From Monocercomonoides exilis PA203 (taxonomy: Eukaryota > Protista > Preaxostyla), in the NCBI GenBank assembly GCA_001643675.2, contig LSRY02000027.1, positions 1,116,001-1,180,000 on the forward strand: a DNA stretch of 64,000 nucleotides. The letters run 5' to 3'. Numbering within the stretch: the stretch's first letter is position 1; every line of letters starts with the position of its first letter. The notes beneath the pieces were generated by a model. The model was not told where the DNA came from, did not search any database, and saw nothing but the letters and a program-made list of their open reading frames with translations. The position numbers and the translations under genes were made by a program. This document shows, piece by piece, positions 25,361 to 39,089 of the stretch.

Positions 25361-27254
25361 TAGTCGGGGAGTTAACCCGCTCAGAAGAAGTGGAAAAAAT
25401 GGGAATAAGAACACAAAGCTGAAGTTGATGAAAAAAACTCAAGTTGCAAGATTGGCAGCATCCAGCGAAGCCAGACCGTTGCATGATCTTCACAAAAAAG
25501 GATAGAAGCTTTTCTTGGTTATCAGTCTTTCCATATCCGCCTTTGAAAAAATCAAGTGATCTATCTGCTATCATTAAAAAGTATGGGAAAAACACATAAT
25601 TGTGGAAGATTCACATGAAAATATGGAAAACAATTGATTTTTTTAAAATCAGAAGAAATGCGAATTGTCACGAAGATAGAGGTGGATGCAGAAAAAGGGA
25701 TTTTTCATTAAATGAAACAATTTGCAGGAATTGTGTGTTTCGAAAAGAAATATTGCTGATATTTTATTTTTCCTTTATTCCCATGCAAACGAAATTAGAA
25801 TGGAAAAGAGAAGCGATGGAGATGAAATAAAATGTGTTGACAAACAATGGCCAAAAAGGTTTTTATCGAGTTATCCTGATCTTAAGCTTAAGCGTCCAAC
25901 AACTCTTCCAATTCATCGAGCTCTTCAAACTTCAAAAGAATCAATTTCTTCATTCTTTGACATGGTCTCAAAATTTTTTGATACGACTGAGGTCATTCCT
26001 CAGTTGTTTTTCAACTTGGATGAAACTTCCATGATTTTTTCAGAAAATTATTCATCAATTATTTTCCCATCGTCGTCCACAACTCCATCAATAATTCCTG
26101 AACCATCTCTCCCAATGTCAACAAGCATTATGTTTGTGACAAGCACTGACGGCGTCAGATATATAGCGCCCTTAATTATTCCATATTCAAATCTTCCAGA
26201 AGAATACAGAGAAACTTCGACTGAAACTGAATTTTTTTTCCCCAGCTCCAATGGTCATCTATCAGTAAGCGGCTTTGCAGAAGTTTTCCAAAAAGCCATT
26301 TTGCTTTGTATGAAAAAAAATATTCAGAAATCGGAAAAGCTGAGAAACATTTTATTTTGATTATGGATCGAGGAACGTGCAATTTTGCACCAGATATTTT
26401 GAAGATATGTCTAAATTTTTTTGAAAAGTTTTTTTTGTTTAATTTTCAAAAAATTAAAAAATTTCATGTTTCGATCAAATTTATATTTCCATTCACCAAA
26501 TATCTCTGTCATGAAAACAAAATTTTGACAATGTTTGTATTTCCCTTCAAGTGAAGTTTCATAAGAGAGAACAGAAATTTGATGGAAACAAGAAATTCTA
26601 ATTTTATTAGAAAATTAGATAAAAGGAACTTTTAATAAGAATAAATTCATATGGAAAGATAAATAATTGATAAATTCAACTTCCTTCACATACCACTCAT
26701 CTAATTCAACCAAATGATCAGTACATTTTCGCGAATATGAAGAAAAGTTTCAGCAAAGCAACGAATTGTGGAACATCAGCTTATGCAAAAGACAGAAAAA
26801 AACTATTTGTCGAAGCTTTGAAGGATGCATTGGCAATAGGATCATTTTCGTCGACCATTCGAGCGAGTTGGAAAATCACAGGGTGGAATCCATTTAACCC
26901 AGAGATTGTTTGGAGCATCATCCCAGATAAACCCCCAGAATGGAGCGAATCTATCAAAACATCTACCAAATGCATTGCAAATTCGAGATCTGGAAGAATT
27001 TTTACTAGCTCTGATGATTTCTTTGAATTAACTAAATAAAATAATGAATTAGAGATTTGTTACATTTGCATCTAAGTTTTCTGATTTTCACTCTGTTTCT
27101 ATAGTATTTCATTATTTTGTTTTTGAAATAAGACTTTATTGATTGCCTTTTTGTTTTTTCTTCATTTTTTTTAACAAACAAATCAAAAAATGCTTAAAAT
27201 ATGAACTGATCATGTGAGCGGTTTTCTCCCCTGAGCGGGTAAACTTTCCGACAA
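25361..27254 (+). mobile_element. pogo-like element P4 with TIRs; MITE inserted in the transposase
   Basis: TIRs TAGTCGGGGAGTTAACCCGCTCAG / CTGAGCGGGTAAACTTTCCGACAA; FNLDET, LIMDRG, LPSHTTHLIQPNDQ. Confidence 0.85.
26406..26651. mobile_element. Palindromic MITE family M3 (about 246 bp)
   Basis: Long imperfect inverted arms; removing it restores the P4 transposase alignment; copies at 29108 and 49074. Confidence 0.7.
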
Positions 27255-27259
27255 ATAGT

Positions 27260-29700
27260 TGAACTTTTTCGAATTGAGTACATATTTTTTGATTTGACTC
27301 AATCAATTTGCATTGAGTCGATATGATTTGATTTGACTTAATCAAATCCGATTTGAATAGATCATTTTTTGATCTTTTTTGAAAACAATTATGAGTCAAT
27401 TTCAATCAAGATATTGACTTATTTTATCAAACTCTCTTCCTTGTTTGCAGATCTTAAAAATACAACAAGTTTGTGAATTCTTTTTTTGATTTTTATAAGT
27501 ATTTTTTGTTTATTTTCAACATCTCTTCTTCCGATTCAAAACATAATGAACAATTTGAAACTTACGTTTTTAACACGAGCGAGAGATGATCAACAGTTGA
27601 AATTTTATTTACATCTGTATTTCAGAAAAACATAAAGCTCCTTAGATCCAATTCTGTTTTCTTTTAAGTTTTTGTTGTTTTTGTTAGGTTTTTTTCTCAT
27701 TTCATTTTTATTAGTGTATTTTGGATAAAAAAACTTACAAATATATAATAATTTTTAAAATAAACACAATTTTTGTTTTTCATTCAAAAATAAAAATTCA
27801 GAATTGGAAATATTAATTATTTAAGATTATTATAAAGATGAGATGGTTGTTTAAAAAAGTCAAAGAAAAATTTAATGGAAATCACTTTTTATTCAGCAAC
27901 GATTGGAGAACAAATGAAGGCGAATTTTGTTTTGAATCAACAGAAGAGGAAGAAGAAGCAGTAGATGAAGATGATGATGAAAAGGAAGAAGAAGGTTGCG
28001 TTTGTGAAAATGAAGGAAAAGGCTGAGTTGAAGATGGAGAAAAAATACTAATAGATATCCATTGCTGTAGCAGGTGCCAAGCTTGTGAATTATCACAATT
28101 TTGATCTTCATCAAAATCTTTTCTTTCTTTTTGCAAAACCTGTTCCCTTTGCTCGCTTCTTTGTTCGAAAACTTCGCAGTTCGCTCTTTCTCTTCTTTCT
28201 TTCGCTTTTTCTGCTTCGTACACCCTTTGATCTTCATCAAAAGCATCTAAAAAAAAATAGGAAGAATGACGTTTATAAAAATGAATAAATAGTAAAAGAA
28301 AATAAAAAATAATGGTATAGAAGTGAAAGATAAGCCTCCTGTTTCTGCCAAAATTGTAGTTATTGTGGGTGTCAGGGTATTTTCTGGATTGAGTTTATTT
28401 TTCATTTTGGCGAAATATCTGGCATTGGCAACCTTCTTTGTATCAACTTTTCTCAAGTGACTTGAATATAACTTTTCAAAAAACAATGAATTAGCTTCAA
28501 AATCCTTATTTGTCAGTGGATTGTGCAAGATATGAAAGTTTGTTAGGCAACAAGCCACTGAGAAATAATCCCCAACACGCTCCATTTCAAAAACCCATGG
28601 ATGACGGAAGACAGAAAAGAGAGTTTTGAGTCTTCCAAAGAATCTTTCAACAATAACACGATGAGATGCAAGCTCAGGAGTTCCAACGGGCTTTGTGATA
28701 ATCGCCCCAAGCTCTGGTTTCGCTCCTATGTAAGCGGAATCGGCCAAAATCTTTGCTCCTCCAAGCTTTTGAACAAATGTGGGGTAATGTTCTTTGAAAA
28801 TAAAAAAAAGCATGTGTTGAACCGGTGTGAATGGAGATTGTTGTGCTTGCAGTCCACGCCTTGGAGTTCATTCCCACCTCTGTTTTGACGCAGAAAATGT
28901 GATGCTTTCCTGAAAAGATTTTTTTCTAGACTCTTGCTTTCCTCTCGGTGAGTTTATTGGAATGACAGCACAATCAGCAACAATTCCCACATCTTTCAAC
29001 TCCTCCAAATGATCAGGATGAAAAAATGGAAAAAATTCTGTCATCTGATGTTTAATGGATGTTGCTGATAAGTGATTCAAACGAACAACCGCACTTTGTG
29101 TTTTATGTTTGGGTAATTTTTTTTGAAAAGTCGACATTGTTTAATTTTCAAATAAATCAAAAATTTCATATTTTGTTCAAATTTTTGTTAACGTACTCCA
29201 AACTTCACTAATATGGAATCTATTTCTAAACAATGCTGTTTTCACTCATTCCAAAGAAGATTCGTGAGAAGAAACAGAAATTCATGCAAAATATGAATTT
29301 TTAATTTATATGAAAAATTAAACAAATGCGACATTTCAAAAAAAATAACCCATTTGGATTTCGCAAACAACAATGTGATTGTGAGTGAGCCATGATGAAA
29401 AAAATTAATTAGTAAAAAAAGTTGCTTCTCCAAAAAATCAATTGCTTTGACGTTCACACGATGAGAGAATGCCTTATTTGAAATAAGTTGAGAAAAATAA
29501 CAAAATATCGAATGACTGAATTTAGTCAATTTGAAAAAACACTTTTGTTGATCAAATATTTTCGAACACGCTTTTTCGATCACTATTCGTTTTTTCAACA
29601 TGCAAGACAAAATCGTTATTTGGAATGTTTGAAGTGCTCAATGAATTGTCAGATGGATGGAGCGCTTGAGCGAAAAACCAGGATGTTTTTATTTTTATCT
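27260..29700 (-). mobile_element. PHIS element D, transposase pseudogene, right end lost
   Basis: Left end TGAACTTTTTCGAATTGAG preceded by AGT; LADSAYIG, VERFFGRLK, VADCAV motifs in ORFs 28247..28813, 28868..29137, 29242..29610. Confidence 0.8.
29108..29354. mobile_element. MITE M3 inserted in PHIS D transposase
   Basis: Inverted arms TGGGTAATTTTTTTTGAAAAGTCG / CGACATTTCAAAAAAAATAACCCA. Confidence 0.75.
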
Positions 29701-30039
29701 TAAAACTAGTCTTTCTCAACAAATTTTGTTTCTTTTCCACAACTTTTCTTTTCCTTTCTTATTTCGTTTGCCTGAGAATGAATAATTTTTAAAAGATCAA
29801 AAGAAATTCATTTCGAAACGCACAATTTCTGCAATTTGTTTCATTGAAAGATGAATTCATTTTTTTGTATTCACCTGCCTCAAAGAGTCAATTTGCAGTT
29901 CATTTATTTTTGTAGAATCAACCGCTTTCCATGTTTTCCTGTGATTCCTGCACTGCAAAATGCATCATCAACAATATTCAAAAAAATTTGAGATATTTCT
30001 CCCCCTTCTTCAATAACCTAATTTGAACGAGAGTAAACA

Positions 30040-30096
<57 letters not shown>

Positions 30097-30260
30097 ACAA
30101 TTCTTTCTCATGAAGATCTTTCATTTTCAAATCTTCGTTTGAAACTGCAGATTTTGAGGCTTGTGGTTTTTGAAACGATGAAATGCGTGTATTCATTATC
30201 CATATTTTATCTTTTTTTTCCGATCAGGATAATTTCCTAAAAAAGTTCACTCCACAACTA
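29700..30260 (-). pseudogene. 5' fragment of pogo-like element P5 with TIR
   Basis: Homologous to exon 1, intron and ANEIR start of P4; TIR-like TAGTTGTGGAGTGAAC on the minus strand ending at 30260. Confidence 0.55.
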
Positions 30261-30319
30261 GTAAGTCTTATGGAAATACTATATAAGGTCTAAATACGAC
30301 TCTTTTTGGATAAAAATAT

Positions 30320-31750
30320 ATGATGATTGTTTGTTTCTTTATCATAAAAACAAAATGATCTTCAAAATGAAAAAGCACAAACTGCGAAAAGCGTTTCAAT
30401 TGGAGAAGGAATTATCAAAGCGTTTTATGTTTTTGAAATCTTGCAGTGCTTTGAACAAGAAATTGAAAGATGTTGTGCAATATCAAGAAGATATTTAGCA
30501 AGAGAGTGAAAAAGCAAAAAAAAGGAAAATATTAAAAAAAAAAAAGAAAGACCAACATAATTTTCAAAAGCAGAAGAAGATGAGTTTTTAAGAGAGGATT
30601 TTGGAGGACAGAAGGATAGGAATTAATCACACAAAACGAAATATTTAACAAATGGTGTAAAAACCAGCGTTTTCGTCATTTTTTTAACTATTTTTGTATT
30701 TCAGTCAAATGAATTGCTATACAAAAATGGAAGCTAAGGAAAGGAAATTTGGACTGCAGATAAGCATTGGGTTGATCTATTTTCGTTTTAACAAAAAAAG
30801 AAGAAATCGACTTTCAAATGTCGAAATAACTGTTTGTTGAAAGGATTGCTCATTCATGCAAAGCAGTGTTTATTGCCTTTTTCGACGACAACTGAAAATA
30901 TTTCCTAAAGGTGAAATCGATATTTCAATTGATGTTCAATATTGATAAAACATCTTCAAATTATTCGTTATATTTGAATAACAAATCGCTTCATCATTTT
31001 CTGTTCCTTCATCAATCACTTCCGAATCATCTCTGCCAACCCCCACATCAATCATTTTAATGACTAGAACTGATGGGTGCAGATTCCTTGCACAAGTTTT
31101 TAATTCCCTTCAAAACAATTCCCCCCGAGTGTTTTCTTTCTGCGACTGCAACAAAAGTTTTCATCCCAACAATATCATTTTATTAAACATCAACAATATT
31201 CGCTGAATTGTTTGAAAAAATATCTATGTCAGAAATTAACAAAAATCGGTGCACTATTGGTAAGCAATATGATCATGCCATGCTGGTTGTGGATGGAGGT
31301 GTGGGTCATTTCTGCGATGAAATTAAAAAAGTTTGCAGTTGCAATTTTTCGAATTCAATTATACTTCCTTTTCACACCTTTTATATTCTTCCGCCCAACT
31401 ACCAAATTGTATTTGAAAGTTTAAAAATAAATTTCATAGGAAACGGAAAGTTGGAAGGGTTCTATGGCTGAGAAAATAAGAAAAGCATTTATTTATTTTT
31501 TTTTTCAAAAAAACCGACTATCAGCCGCAAGTTACCCCTCATCGATTATTGTTTAATGGAGGTTTTGTGGTTTTTTTCCTTTAGCCAAAAATGAAGTTCT
31601 GAAACATTTGCCTGAAACCCCACTTCAATGGGCAGCAACAGAATAAAACCATTCAAAAGTGTCTGAAAGTGCTTTATTTGGAGAACACAATTCATCAAAA
31701 GAGAATCATCAACTCTTTGTGAAAAAATAAAAATTTAATAACAATTTCAG
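30320..31750 (+). pseudogene. pogo-like element P6, highly degenerate
   Basis: ADKHW, FNIDKT, MLVVDGGVGH, ILPFHTFYILPPN; colinear with P1. Confidence 0.8.
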
Positions 31751-32751
31751 AAAATTATCCGATTATTTGAATTTCTTTTTGAATTAATAAAGATTTTTAT
31801 ATTGTCCAGTTTTTTTCTTTAAACTAAAAATTTTTCAAATAAAAAGAATAAATTTTGGAACAATAACAGAAACCGTAACGAATTCAATCAAAAGCCGTCA
31901 TTTTTTATTCTAATTCAAAAAATTCACAAAAAAAACTTTGAATAAGTAGATTGGTTCAGGTTAAAAAGTTTGCGTGATAGTTCGTGCGTTTAGTGAAATG
32001 CTCCCACTTTCCTTTTAAAGGTTTGCACAAAATAAATTTTTCCAAGGGAGATTGAATGAGTTAGGACATCGTTATATTCAATCTGAAAATAAAAAAAAAA
32101 AGGTTGAGCTTTGTCTCGCTCAGTGTTTACAGGAGCGACCTCAACCTTATAAATTCTCATTGTCAAATGTATTGAATTCGACTACTGCAAATGCTAATTA
32201 TTTCTTTTATTTTTTCAATTTTCATTCATTGAATGATTTTCATTTCGTTCTTTGCAAATAAACACATTTGTATTTTTTTATAAAAAATAACGATTTAATA
32301 AAAAAGAAAATATTTTTTTTACAATAAAAACATGAAGAATTTTTGTTCAATGGATTGTGTTTCCTTTTTGACAAGAAAATTGAGAACAAAACTTTGAACT
32401 GGTTTCAACTTGATAAAGTTGAGACTCATCAATTTCTCTTGAATTGCGAATAAGAATAATTATTGTACGAAAATGATCGGGTTACAAAAAACTCTTCAAA
32501 ATAAAATTAAGTTTCGATGTGTTGTGCAATGAAAGTGCAGTGAATCGGATTTTGCAACCAATTGTGTTGAAATATTCCTCTTCAGACATTTTCATTGAGA
32601 AATTATAAACTTTTGACACTCTTTTTGACAGCGAAAATTCTCAACAAAATTCGTTCGTTTTTTTTGAAATACGTGGTAAGACACAAAACACCACATAATG
32701 ATATTATTTTCATCTGCTCGTTGTTGTGAAAATCCAATATATTTTTTTTAA

Positions 32752-33024
32752 TATGGGGAAAAATATTTGACTTCAAGCATATTCATTGAAAAATTATGCA
32801 CTTTTTATTTTCTTATTTTGATCAAAAAATCCAAGCAAAATTTCTTTCCTTATTGAAATATTTGTGATGAACAAAACATTTTGTCATTTCATCAATGATG
32901 TTTGTTTACAGTGATGAAAATCAAATTTATTTTGTCATCTGAAAACGTTTAATTATGTTATCAGTGAAACAATTTTTTTATGCTTTGTGCATAAAAAGCT
33001 TGAAAGTCCGTATATTCCCCCATA
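32752..33024. mobile_element. MITE family M2 (about 274 bp)
   Basis: TATGGGGAAAAATA...TATATTCCCCCATA; six full-length copies in the window. Confidence 0.8.
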
Positions 33025-33029
33025 TGAGA

Positions 33030-34260
33030 AAGCCAAAAAAAGTTATGAGTTAAACATAGTTTAAATAATAAATGCTTAAAAGCTTGAAAGAATGTGCTTT
33101 CACCCAATTGTTTTGTGAGAGGTCTTGATAGGAATCAAAACATTTCTCTATCAACTTTTTGCAGAAAAAAAAATGCTCTTGAATCTCGAAGAGTGCCGGG
33201 TAAGAACGGACTCCAAACAAAGCTCAAAGGATAGAAGAAGCAAAATTTGTAGTAGAAATAAATGTGAAAATCAGAAAAGAAAGCTCACTAACATTAATAG
33301 AAGTTATTGAAATGATTTGTCAGTTTTTTGAGTGTTCATTTTTTAAATATTGTGAGTGAAAGGCTGTCGACTTCAATCAGAAACATCTGGATTGTGATCC
33401 GAAGTTCATAACATTAGCATAAACGTGGAGGAAATTATAACTGAAAAGACATTCAGAATATCATCAAACATCACCAACTCCTCTTCCACATGCCAGAGCC
33501 GCTCATTCAACCAAGGATTGTTTGGAACCTTTTTTTGCAAATGTCAAAAAGTTCATCGAAGTGGAAAAATATCCATCTTTTTTAGTGTTAAATTTGGATG
33601 AAACATCCACATTCTCTTCGGATCAACCTCCAACATTGGTGATATCAGACGAATCTTCCAGCTCTTCTCCAACTGTGCCAGAACCTGCAATCCCGACTTC
33701 GACTACTCTTCTTTTGATGACTTCTGCAAATGGGGACAGATGCAGGGTGATAATTGTTATTCCATTTCACTCTCTTCTCACAGAGTATATTGCAGCATCC
33801 AATCAGTCGTTGTTATTTGTTCCTTCAGATACAGGACATATGACGTCAGCTTTGTTTCAAAAAATCTTTTTTTCATCTATTGTTCCAGACATCGTCGCAA
33901 AGAGTGCAGCTGTTGGAAAAAGTGGAATGCATTCATTGCTTATCATGGACAGCGGAGTTGTTCACTTTGATGAAAACGCATTGAAGTGTGTGAAAGATAA
34001 TTTGCTTGAAGTTGTTTGCATTTCATCAAGCACATCACATCTTATTCAGCCAAACAACATGCTCCTAATGAAAATTTGAAGAACTCTTTCAAAAAATGAT
34101 GACAAACTTCTTCTGAATTGATAGCATCATCAAAACGGAAGACTTTTATGCAAAATGTGAAAAAACTCTTTGTCTTCAGCTTTGAGCCCAAAAACTATTG
34201 AGATTTCAAAAAGAGTTTTTGGATAAAATCCCTACGAATCATCGAAAATGTTAATAATAA
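33030..34260 (+). pseudogene. pogo-like element P7
   Basis: ARAAHSTK, LNLDET, LIMDSG, SSTSHLIQPNN. Confidence 0.8.
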
Positions 34261-34869
34261 CTTTATTTTGTTTATCTAAATAATTTATATATTTTTAAAT
34301 AACTTTCCAAATAACATTGTTCAATGAAAAACGAAGTAATTTATTATTTATTTTGAATGAACATTCTTAATTTTTATAGAAAAAATGTTAATATGTTAAT
34401 ATTTGGCATTTCTTAATTTCTAACTTCTTTTTCTCTTTCTCTTTCTCTTTCTCTTTCTCTCTCTCTCCCTTTTTTTCTTTTCTTTCCTTTTCTTTTTTTG
34501 TAGTTGACAAATTATAAATTTTTTGTCATGTCACAGATGAATGATTGAAAAATTCAAATGTTTGAGTATTCCTGTTTAAAAAAATATGATACAAAAAATA
34601 AAAATTATCACCTTCACATGTCTTTAATAACCATTTTTGAAGTTATTCTTTATTGAACTAAAAAAAAAGAAAGAAAAAGAAAAAAGAAAAAAAAAAAAAG
34701 TTAAAAATATGAATATTACGTGCCAAATGGTTATGTAATATTTAGCATTCAACATTTTGACATAATAATTGTTTTCGTGAATTTATTTTGCATTTTTTTT
34801 TAACTTTTATTTTGTGATTGTTCTTTAGGTGTTGATAATAATTTCATTTATTAAAAAAAAAAAATTTCA

Positions 34870-36170
34870 ACCTATACGAAAAAAGTTGTTTTTGAACAAA
34901 AAAGCAATTTGAGAACAACTTTTTCATCAACAGTTGAGTTCGAAACAATTTTGTCAAAACATTGTTGGGTACAGATTCTGTTTGAACTTTTCATTGATGA
35001 TATGGATTCGATTTTTTTCTCTGATGGAACTTGAACACATTAGAAAATACATTCAATTATGAGAATACGAATTTCCAAACTGAGTTGATTTTATTTAAGC
35101 TGTTATTCTTCATTCTTAAAAACGAAATCTATTCAAAATACGGGTGATAATTTTTTAAAATCAAAACTTTTTTCTGGGAATTGATATTTCAAAGGTTGTT
35201 TATCTTTGACTGAAAATATTTTTTTTCAAATGAAAAATGTTTTGCATTTCTTTTAAGAGCCAATGTTTGAGATTTGTTCATAGCAAAATTTTCAACAAAT
35301 GGAAGATGATATTCTGGTATTCATTTGATTATACACAATGCAAATTTTTTTCCGAAAACTTTTATAGAAATAAATTTGATATCAAAAATAACCACTGATG
35401 TTCAACAAGCCCGTTAACACTCAGTTGAATATAGAGAAAACAGTCTTGTTAATGAAATGAAAGGAGACAAATCCTTGAAGCAAAATGACAACGGGAAAGA
35501 ACCTTTGATGACAATTGATGTGAAATACTTTGTTCAAAGCATACCAGATTTTTTCACGTCAAAAGCTGAGGAGTGCTCTCTTTTTCTTTTCGCACTTCGC
35601 ACTGGAGCCAGAGACATCACATGCGGAAATGTGAGGCTCTGTGACATAAGACTCGTTGTAATTGAAGATGATTCCATTTTTTTTAAAGATTCGACTAATG
35701 AGAAATAAAGGAAAAGATAAGTGGAATCACGTTGTTCTTCCCGAAAACCAAACAGAAAAAAACAAATTACTTGATGCTGTGTATTGGATTAGACAGCACA
35801 TTCTTCAAAAGTTTGGAAAAGACTTATTTCATAAAGAAGAATGGCCTTTAAAAAAAAAATCAGAGGAATTTTTCTGGAGCTGGAGCTCAGATACAATGAG
35901 AACCAAATTAAAGAAGAGTCCGGAGCTTGCTGGTAATCCTTCAGAAAATATCTGCCTTCATTCTTTTAAAAGTGGTTTCATTTGCTCTTCTTTGACGAAT
36001 GCTGGTTCGAATAAAGAGAAAAGGAATTCAATTCTTGAGACATGTGCATTAATTGCTGTATGGATGACATTCTCGATGAATCAAATGGCATATGTGCAGA
36101 AATGAACATCTCAGAATTTCATTGCTTTTTGTGCATCAATAACGAGCGTTAATAAGAAAAAGAAATCATT
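34870..36170 (+). pseudogene. Tyrosine recombinase YR1 (subtype I), Crypton-like; MITE M1 inserted at 35139-35400
   Basis: LFALRTGAR (R), RNKG (K), LHSFKSG (HxxR position), IAVW, QMAY (Y); frameshift in a T run. Confidence 0.85.
35139..35400. mobile_element. MITE M1 copy
   Basis: TACGGGTGATAATTTTTTAAAATCA...TCAAAAATAACCAC; interrupts YR1 relative to YR7. Confidence 0.65.
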
Positions 36171-36320
36171 GAAAGATCAAAAAAGTATTCAATGGAAAAT
36201 TTTCTCGATTGAACATTTGGATAAATAAATCGTTTGATTGTATTCTTTTTGTGAAATTTTAACTTTGAATGCTGTGAAAGCTGATAATCGAGAGAGAATA
36301 AGCATTTTATTCACTGTGTA

Positions 36321-36581
36321 TATGTTTGATTATTTTTGAAATCATAACTTTTTTCAGTGTGTTGTTTTTTCAAAGACAGTTTATAGTTTGGAAGAAATAT
36401 AGTAGTCAAATGCCATAATCACCCCAATTGTTTTAATAACAAATGATTTTCCCGAATAAAAGATAAAATTGTTTTCAATTATCCTTCTTTCTTTTCAACG
36501 TTCATTGGTTAATATTCAAGAGAAATTTTTGAACAGAAAATTTTTTATGAAAAAATATGATTTCAAAAATAATAACCCATA
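36321..36581. mobile_element. MITE M1 copy (261 bp, inverted relative to 13134)
   Basis: Same length, TIRs and internal sequence as 13134-13394. Confidence 0.8.
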
Positions 36582-37100
36582 TCCACTTTATCTGCTGAAG
36601 AATTTCAAAAACTTGGAGGAATGAATACTATTGTTGAAATAGATGAAGCGATTATTAGAAAAAGAAAATATCACCAACCAAGAAAAAAAGCTCAAATTAG
36701 GTTTTTTGGAATGATCAAAAAATCAGCGGTTGGAGAAAAAGGTGAATGGATACCAAAAAAATTGAGAGATCAAAAGAAAAGCACTTTTATTCTAATTATT
36801 CAAATGAATGTTATTGAGAGAATTAAAATATATTTCGATAAATGGAAATACTATTCAAACTTAGAAGAATAAGGATATCCTCATTAAACAGTTTGCCACA
36901 AATACAACTTCAAAGACACTACAACAAGAGTCCACACAAACTTTATTAAAGGAAGTTGGAACATGTTGGTATAAAGCTTTTTTCACATTTGAAAACACGA
37001 TTTATTCATTAATGATTATTTTCTGAGCTTCTTTATAGAAAGAGAAAAAGAATTATCAATTTTTTAAGCAATATTCAGAATACATTCAACAATCCATTTT
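36582..37100 (+). pseudogene. Merlin / ISXO2 (IS1595-like) transposase remnant
   Basis: LGGMNTIVEIDEAIIRKRKY, FFGMI, FDKWKYY..L..GYPH.TVCHKYNFKD..T.VHTN. Confidence 0.85.
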
Positions 37101-37383
37101 TTCTTCGAATTCGAAATGTTCAATAAAACTACTTTTTTTAAAGTTGTTCAATTTGAATTTTGAATGACTTGTATTGTGTGTGTGCATCGAATTTTCGAAC
37201 TCAATCATTATCAGAAAACAAAGTCAATTCATTCGGTTCGACCTTGACATTTTGCATTTAATCCAAATTACACGTTCAAGCAATTCCACTTGTAACAGAA
37301 TAAAAGTTAACTTTTTTCTCATTTTTCTTTTTCTATCAATTTTTCTCTTTCAATTCAAGATCAACAATTTTTTCAAATCCTGA

Positions 37384-38950
37384 TTATCCAATTCCATGTT
37401 TTTTTGATCCATTGCACATGTATCTATTTTTTTTTTTTTTCGCTTCCTGCACTCTCTCTTCTTTTAAATACTTTTTGATCCTATCAACCACAAAACCTTT
37501 GAAAACTTCACACTGAACTTTTTCTTTCTGCTCCTTCTTTTCAAATGCAATCCCATGAAATGCCTCCACTCCCAACAACGCGTCATCCATAATTGCTAAA
37601 TTTTCTCCGTCTTCATCCTCATTAATCAATCGTGATGAAACAATCGCACGTCGTGCCACCTTCTTTATATATTCCAGCTGCGCAAGTTTAAAGGGAACCC
37701 AGCCTGCAATCAATGCTGTTCGTTCCAGAACAGCGTGCTGCGTATCAGGGCCTGCTCCAGCTTTCACAAGAGCGGAGCAGATTAAGCCGTCTCTGAGAGA
37801 ATGGAAGCTGAAGAACTTCCTTGGATTCCCTGCAGCCTCTGAGCGGAATTTGAATCTTTCCCTCATTGAATCGGTAGACAACTGCCAAATAAGTTAATTT
37901 GTATCAAATTCTTTCTTTTTGTTTTTCCATTCGCTTTATTTCACTCCTGTTTTTGATTCTATCTATATAGATAGCCAATAGACAGGATTGTTATCCTGTG
38001 CGTTTTCCTCATTTCCTTCAATTGTAACTACATGATTCCAGCATTCGTTTCCTTTTGTTCGATTAAAAAGAATAATAACGAGCAGCTTCTTGGATGTCGA
38101 GGAATGAATTACTCATGCAATGTCTCCATAGTGGACATTAACAAGTGTGATTACGAGCGCGCCTGTGTGAACGGATGTCAGATAAAGAGAAGCTTCCAAA
38201 GCTTTTGATGAATAATTCTCAGGAATCATAGACACAATCCTTTTAACATCTGCTATTAACGCTAGCTCTTTTCCTTCACCTCTATTTTTCATATTTCTAT
38301 TAAACTGCAGGAATCAAAGGGCTTCTCTCATTGCAATGATTGTCTTCTTGATAAGTTTCTTCCCTCTTTTTTGTCGGCCGAGCCTTTAAAAAGAAGGAAC
38401 AATCACGAGAGAAATTGATGTTAATGGATAATGATATCTCTTTCCCTGAAAGAGAACAAACCCTTTTGCAAAACTATGGTGTAATGGCTTCGGCTCTTTC
38501 TCAACTTTGTTGGCCCAAGTTTGCAAAAGTCATCTTACCCATGCATGCTTTCTTTTGGTCACTTCAGACCATATTGTTTCACTATTCAAATATTTTATTG
38601 CTTCTTCTTTTCCTATCTTTTCTATTTCTTTATCAAACATCGTGAAGTGTCTGTATATTAAAGGAGAAAAAACGCTAACAAAAGAAGAGCTGGCAGAAGT
38701 AGTGAAGTTGAAAAATGAAGAAAGAGTTCTATCAAATTCTTCGTTGATCATGGAAAATTTCCATTTTTCAAATACTCGAATATTCTCAATACCGCATAAC
38801 TCATTATTTGCTTCATCTTCGTCAAAGTATTTTCATCCAAATCTTCTTTGTCTGTGGAATTAATCTCTACTTCAAAACTTTTATGTGAATCCTCGCGAAA
38901 TTTAACTTCATCAAAACGAATTGAAAATTCACTTTTGCATTTGCTTTTCA
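37384..38950 (-). pseudogene. Tyrosine recombinase YR2 (subtype II)
   Basis: ELALIADVKRIV, SLYLTSVHTGAR, FHSLRDG, IAGW, QLEY. Confidence 0.85.
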
Positions 38951-39089
38951 TTTGCTTTCTTCTTTTTCAAAGTTTATTTTATGAAATGTTTTCATTTTTA
39001 ATTTTTTCTTTTCTAATTTAATCTTTTAATAAATATAAAATATTATTATTATCATAATAATTATTATTATAATTGGAATTTCCCAACAA

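Noticed and set aside
32330-32720. Possible extra recombinase remnant (RFTALSLHNT on the minus strand)
   Set aside because: A single weak motif with no supporting R or Y motifs
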